Positions 59,934 to 64,000 of a DNA stretch of 64,000 nucleotides are shown here, piece by piece (position 1 is the stretch's first letter; the number at the start of each line of letters is the position of its first letter). Origin of the DNA: Opitutaceae bacterium (GTDB lineage: Bacteria; Verrucomicrobiota; Verrucomicrobiia; Opitutales; Coraliomargaritaceae); contig JBPOFY010000001.1 of NCBI GenBank assembly GCA_051252375.1, forward strand, positions 512,001-576,000. The letters are read 5' to 3'. The notes under the pieces are model-generated. The model did not search any database, was not told where the DNA came from, and saw only the letters and a program-made list of their open reading frames with translations. Made by a program: the position numbers and the translations under genes.

Positions 59934-60983
59934 CTAAAAGAGATCAGGCTGTGCGCCTTTGGTTGTGGGCTCGAGACCGATGACTTGCCAGCCTTTATTA
60001 GTGAGGATGCGGCCTTGGGGGGTGCGCTGAAGGTAGCCTTCTTGGATGAGGAAGGGTTCGTGGACTTCTTCGAGGGTGTGGGCTTCTTCGCCGACGGCGA
60101 CGGCCACGGTGCCGAGCCCGACAGGACCGCCTTTGTAGTTTTCGGCCATCACACGCATGACTTGCTTATCCATTTCATCGAGACCGCGTTGATCGATTTC
60201 GAGGAGCTCGAGTGCGGCGGCGGCCATGTCTTTGGTGATGACACCGTTGCCGCGCTGCTGGGCAAAGTCGCGAGAGAAATTGATCAGGTTGTTGGCGATA
60301 CGTGGTGTGCCACGGGCGCGGCGGGCGATTTCGGCGGCACCTTCGGGCTCGAATTTTACATCGAGCAGTCCGCACGTGCGTTCGACTATACCTTGTAGGG
60401 TGGCGTGGTCGTAATAACTGAGGCGCGATTGTAGCGTGAAGCGGCTGCGGAGCGGCGCAGTCAACAGGCCCATCCGAGTGGTGGCGCCGAGCAAAGTGAA
60501 GCGGGGTAGACTGAGGCGCACACTACGGGCGTTGGGACCTTGATCGATCATGATGTCGATTCGGAAGTCTTCCATCGCGGAGTAGAGATACTCTTCGACG
60601 GTTTTTGAAATACGGTGGATCTCGTCGATGAAGAGGATGTCACCTTCGTTGAGATTGGTGAGCAAGCCAGCAAGGTCGGCTGGTTTGTCGATCACCGGAC
60701 CCGAAGTGATGGTGACTTTGCGCCCCATCTCGTGCCCCAGTAGCAGTGAAAGAGTGGTTTTGCCTAGTCCCGGAGGACCACTGAGCAAAATATGGTTGAG
60801 TGGTTCGCCGCGATCTCGGGCGGCGCCGACCATGACTTTGAGGCGCTCGATGGTTTTGGGTTGCCCCGCGAAGTCGTCGAAAGACAGCGGGCGCAACATC
60901 GACTCTTCCGAGCTAATCGGATCGGCGAGGGTTTGCTCGATGAATTCTGTGCCGGTAGGCGGGTCTTCTGGAGTAAATGGCAT
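59934..60983 (-). CDS. ruvB: Holliday junction branch migration helicase RuvB
   Basis: LRP..FDDFAGQ, GPPGLGKTT, FIDEIHR, RGTPRIA, RTPQGR. Confidence 0.97.
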   Translation of the reverse strand: MPFTPEDPPTGTEFIEQTLADPISSEESMLRPLSFDDFAGQPKTIERLKVMVGAARDRGEPLNHILLSGPPGLGKTTLSLLLGHEMGRKVTITSGPVIDKPADLAGLLTNLNEGDILFIDEIHRISKTVEEYLYSAMEDFRIDIMIDQGPNARSVRLSLPRFTLLGATTRMGLLTAPLRSRFTLQSRLSYYDHATLQGIVERTCGLLDVKFEPEGAAEIARRARGTPRIANNLINFSRDFAQQRGNGVITKDMAAAALELLEIDQRGLDEMDKQVMRVMAENYKGGPVGLGTVAVAVGEEAHTLEEVHEPFLIQEGYLQRTPQGRILTNKGWQVIGLEPTTKGAQPDLF

Positions 60984-61138
60984 GATACGAGGTGTCTATG
61001 TGTGCACCTAACACATCAACAGATCCACGCTAGTCAACTAATCCGAGAGGGCAGTCTTTAGAAACTGGGTTTCTCGGCGTGAATTTTTACTGAGTGTGCC
61101 CTGCGGGCGCCTCCATCGTCGCCTATTGCTCAGGTCGT

Positions 61139-62146
61139 TTACTGTTGCTGTTGTTGCTGCTGCCATTGCCACTGTGTGCGGTCGTATTGAGGCAGGCTGT
61201 TGATCTCTTGTGGTAGCAAAATGTAAGTCTCGAAAATCTGACGCCCGATTTTATTGAACTGCTGTTGGAGTTCATCGAAGTAGTCGTGATAGCCAATACT
61301 TTGAACGCTTAGGATGTTCGAGAAATTGAGCTGTGCGAGCGTGCTACCCGCGAGGCGCTCTGCTTCGTTGGAAAAGCTACCGTCGGACGTGCCAGAGATC
61401 GAGTGCAGCTGACTGTCGATTTGACGTAAGCAGAAGCGAACCGAGCGCGGGAATGACGGAGAGAAAAGCAGGAAGTCCACGACGTTTTCCAGTGTGACTT
61501 CACCACGGCTCTCAGCGCGGAAGGCAGAGAAGGCCGAGCATGAGCGAAGTGCAGACGCGAGCTTGCCGCGATCTGGGTCGGATTCGAAGGCGAGCATATC
61601 GAGCACGCGAGTGGTCTTGTCGGCTCGTTCTAGGTAGCGGCCAGCTTCGATGAAGTGCCAACCTTCGTCGTGCAAAATTGTAGCGTTGATTAGGCCCGAA
61701 AAGAGCATGCAGGCTTTGATCGTTCTGCGGTAGAAATCCTCAGGTCGTTCTTCCCAGAGTGTTTCAGCTTCATTCGACTGTATGAAGAGGTGGAAACTGT
61801 TGAGCTCTAGCCAAATTTCTTCCGAGATTTGGTCACGCACCATACGTGCATTTTCGCGCGCTTGTGCAATGCAGGAACGGATCGAGTCGCCGTCGGATAT
61901 CGAAAAGGTGATAAACCGATTTACATCGATGTCTTCGCTGGCGGCTTCTTTGGCCTTGTTGTAGTTCTCTTGCGCGGCGGTCGCGTAAAGCAGTGGGTGC
62001 CAGAGCGTATTATCTCTGCTGCTGCTGGGACTCTCGATGTTGTCGAGCTCGTCGTAACGATTGACGGCGACAAGACGTGTTAGATTTTCGGCCCGTTCGA
62101 GATAACGGCTGAGCCAGTAGAGACTGTTGGCAACGCGTGAAAGCAT
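61139..62146 (-). CDS. alpha-E domain protein (DUF403)
   Basis: MLSRVANSLYWLSRYLERAEN, GRYLERAD, FPRSV; poly-Q C-terminus. Confidence 0.9.
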   Translation of the reverse strand: MLSRVANSLYWLSRYLERAENLTRLVAVNRYDELDNIESPSSSRDNTLWHPLLYATAAQENYNKAKEAASEDIDVNRFITFSISDGDSIRSCIAQARENARMVRDQISEEIWLELNSFHLFIQSNEAETLWEERPEDFYRRTIKACMLFSGLINATILHDEGWHFIEAGRYLERADKTTRVLDMLAFESDPDRGKLASALRSCSAFSAFRAESRGEVTLENVVDFLLFSPSFPRSVRFCLRQIDSQLHSISGTSDGSFSNEAERLAGSTLAQLNFSNILSVQSIGYHDYFDELQQQFNKIGRQIFETYILLPQEINSLPQYDRTQWQWQQQQQQQ

Positions 62147-62168
62147 ATCTGTAAAACTTTAAGGAGTA

Positions 62169-63608
62169 TTATTTATAGAGAACCCAAGTGTCTTTACTTC
62201 CGCCGCCTTGGGAGGAGTTGACAATGAGGGAGCCCTTATTGAGTGCGACGCGTGTCAGGCCGCCGGGTATGATTTCGATTTTGTCACCATAGAGAATGAA
62301 TGGGCGTAAGTCGATGTGTCTGCCTTCGATGGCATTGTCACCGCAGATCGTCGGGTGGCGGGAAAGTGAGACCACTGGCTGAGCGATATAGTTGCGCGGG
62401 TTTTCTTTGATCTTCGTGGTAAACTCAGCGCGTTGTGCGGCTGTCGAGCTTGGCCCCATCAGCATTCCGTAGCCGCCAGATTCGTTGGCTGCTTTGACGA
62501 CGAGACTCTCCAAATTATCGAGGATATATTTACGGTCTTCATCGCGCCATGCGAGATAGGTCGGCACACTTTCGAGGATCGGCTCTTGATCTAAGTAATA
62601 CCGAATCATGTCGTCGACGTAGGCGTAGGTTACTTTGTCGTCAGCAACACCTGTGCCGACAGCATTGGCGAGAGCGACATTACCGCTAAGATAAGCTTCC
62701 ATCAAGCCTGGCACGCCGAGCATGGAGTCTTTACGGAAGACACGTGGATCAAGGAAATCATCGTCGAGTCGACGGTAGATCACATCGACTTGCACGAGGC
62801 CGTGAGTCGTGCGCATGAATACGTAACCATTGAGGACGATTAAGTCACGACCTTCGACGATTTCGATGCCCATCTTACGAGCGAGGAAAGTGTGTTCGAA
62901 GTAGGCGCTATTGTAGACCCCTGGAGTCAGCAGCACGCAAACCGGAGTTTGGCCCGCACGCGGGGAGAGGTGCTGCATTGTCTTGAGTAGGAGTTCCGGG
63001 TAATTGCCTACTGGGCGCACGCCGCATTCGCGATAGAGTTTAGGGAAGGCGCGCTTCATTGCTTCGCGGTTTTCCAATAGATAGGAAACTCCGGAAGGGC
63101 AACGGCCGTTATCTTCGAGGACGAGATACTTGCCTTTATCGTCGCGAATCAGGTCGGTTCCACAAATCTGGAGGTAGATGTCTTTCGGCACGTCGACACC
63201 ACACATTTCGGGGCGGTAGTGCGCAGCTTCCTTGACGACAGATTCTGGGATGATGCCGTCTTTGATAATCTTGGCATCGTGGTAGATGTCATTGAGGAAG
63301 AGATTCAGCGCGATGATGCGTTGAGTGAGACCCTGTTCGACAGTTTGCCATTCATCGTTCGGAATGATCCGTGGAATCAAATCGAAGGGGAAGATGCGTT
63401 CGGTTCCCTTGTCGTCTCCATACACGGTGAAAGTGATGCCCTGCTCTAAAAAGCCTGCGTCGACTAAGCGCTGCTTCTCGCTCAAGTCTTGGGCACTGAC
63501 GCTGTCGAAACGATTGAGGAGTGGGGAGTAGTGATCGAAGCATTTGCCTGGATCGGCGAACATCTCGTCGAAAAACGCCTCTTTTTGGTAATTATTAAAC
63601 ATTGTCAT
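62169..63608 (-). CDS. circularly permuted ATP-grasp type 2 protein
   Basis: [53 protein letters not shown]. Confidence 0.92.
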   Translation of the reverse strand: MTMFNNYQKEAFFDEMFADPGKCFDHYSPLLNRFDSVSAQDLSEKQRLVDAGFLEQGITFTVYGDDKGTERIFPFDLIPRIIPNDEWQTVEQGLTQRIIALNLFLNDIYHDAKIIKDGIIPESVVKEAAHYRPEMCGVDVPKDIYLQICGTDLIRDDKGKYLVLEDNGRCPSGVSYLLENREAMKRAFPKLYRECGVRPVGNYPELLLKTMQHLSPRAGQTPVCVLLTPGVYNSAYFEHTFLARKMGIEIVEGRDLIVLNGYVFMRTTHGLVQVDVIYRRLDDDFLDPRVFRKDSMLGVPGLMEAYLSGNVALANAVGTGVADDKVTYAYVDDMIRYYLDQEPILESVPTYLAWRDEDRKYILDNLESLVVKAANESGGYGMLMGPSSTAAQRAEFTTKIKENPRNYIAQPVVSLSRHPTICGDNAIEGRHIDLRPFILYGDKIEIIPGGLTRVALNKGSLIVNSSQGGGSKDTWVLYK

Positions 63609-63736
63609 GAGGTCAGCAATAGTTGTGCCAAGTAATGGCGGGCATAGGCCTTGGTCCTTGGGCTTTTGTAAGGGCGCATCTTATGACGCGGGTAGTAACT
63701 TGCGTAGATGATAGTGTTTCTACGGGCTATGCGACT

Positions 63737-64000
63737 TTATTCGTAGTTCGGTGGACCATCCATTCGGTTGACGGAAATTTCCATCGACTGGAGTTCTACT
63801 GGTATGCCGAATTGGGTATAGATGGCGACGTCTGCTGCGTCGCGACCGTAAGCGACGGCGATACGACCACCTTCTGCATGGTCTTGCGTCGGGTCGAAGG
63901 TATACCAGCGGTCACCAACATAGGCTTCGAACCATGCGTGTAAGTCCATCGGCTCGAGGCCTTCGAGATAGCCGACGACCATGCGGGCGGGTATCGACAA
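63737..64000 (-). CDS. transglutaminase family protein (3' part, truncated by the window edge)
   Basis: [28 protein letters not shown]. Confidence 0.88.
   Translation of the reverse strand: MSIPARMVVGYLEGLEPMDLHAWFEAYVGDRWYTFDPTQDHAEGGRIAVAYGRDAADVAIYTQFGIPVELQSMEISVNRMDGPPNYE

Overview
This is a bacterial chromosomal window of moderate GC, probably Verrucomicrobiota (Opitutia, Coraliomargarita/Lentimonas-like; inferred from gene style and fucan-type CAZymes, not database-verified). The backbone is housekeeping: gcvH, speA, rmuC, a sigma70, trpE, purKE, glpD, mqo, lemA, rapA, carA, folC, accD, truA, ruvC, mrdA-mreDCB, tyrS, ruvB, and a transglutaminase / CP-ATP-grasp / alpha-E cluster. There are two large secreted CAZyme-like proteins: a GH107-type endo-fucanase candidate and a two-beta-helix GH141-like lipoprotein. 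The most unusual content is non-coding, a dense, layered set of hairpin-type elements. (1) Two unrelated REP-associated tyrosine transposases (RAYT), each flanked by its own REP family, and further REP families with no RAYT in the window. (2) A REP doublet inserted exactly in frame inside glpD. (3) A 169-bp MITE-like element with perfect 18-bp terminal inverted repeats and a 10-bp target duplication; it carries a REP doublet and is inserted into another REP, and a decayed second copy carries a different REP and sits in an attC-like site. (4) Integron-like attI/attC cassette remnants without an integrase. (5) About ten 7-, 9- or 10-bp tandem arrays, often as inverted pairs, at gene junctions. 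I recognised no rRNA, tRNA or CRISPR array. All calls were made by eye.
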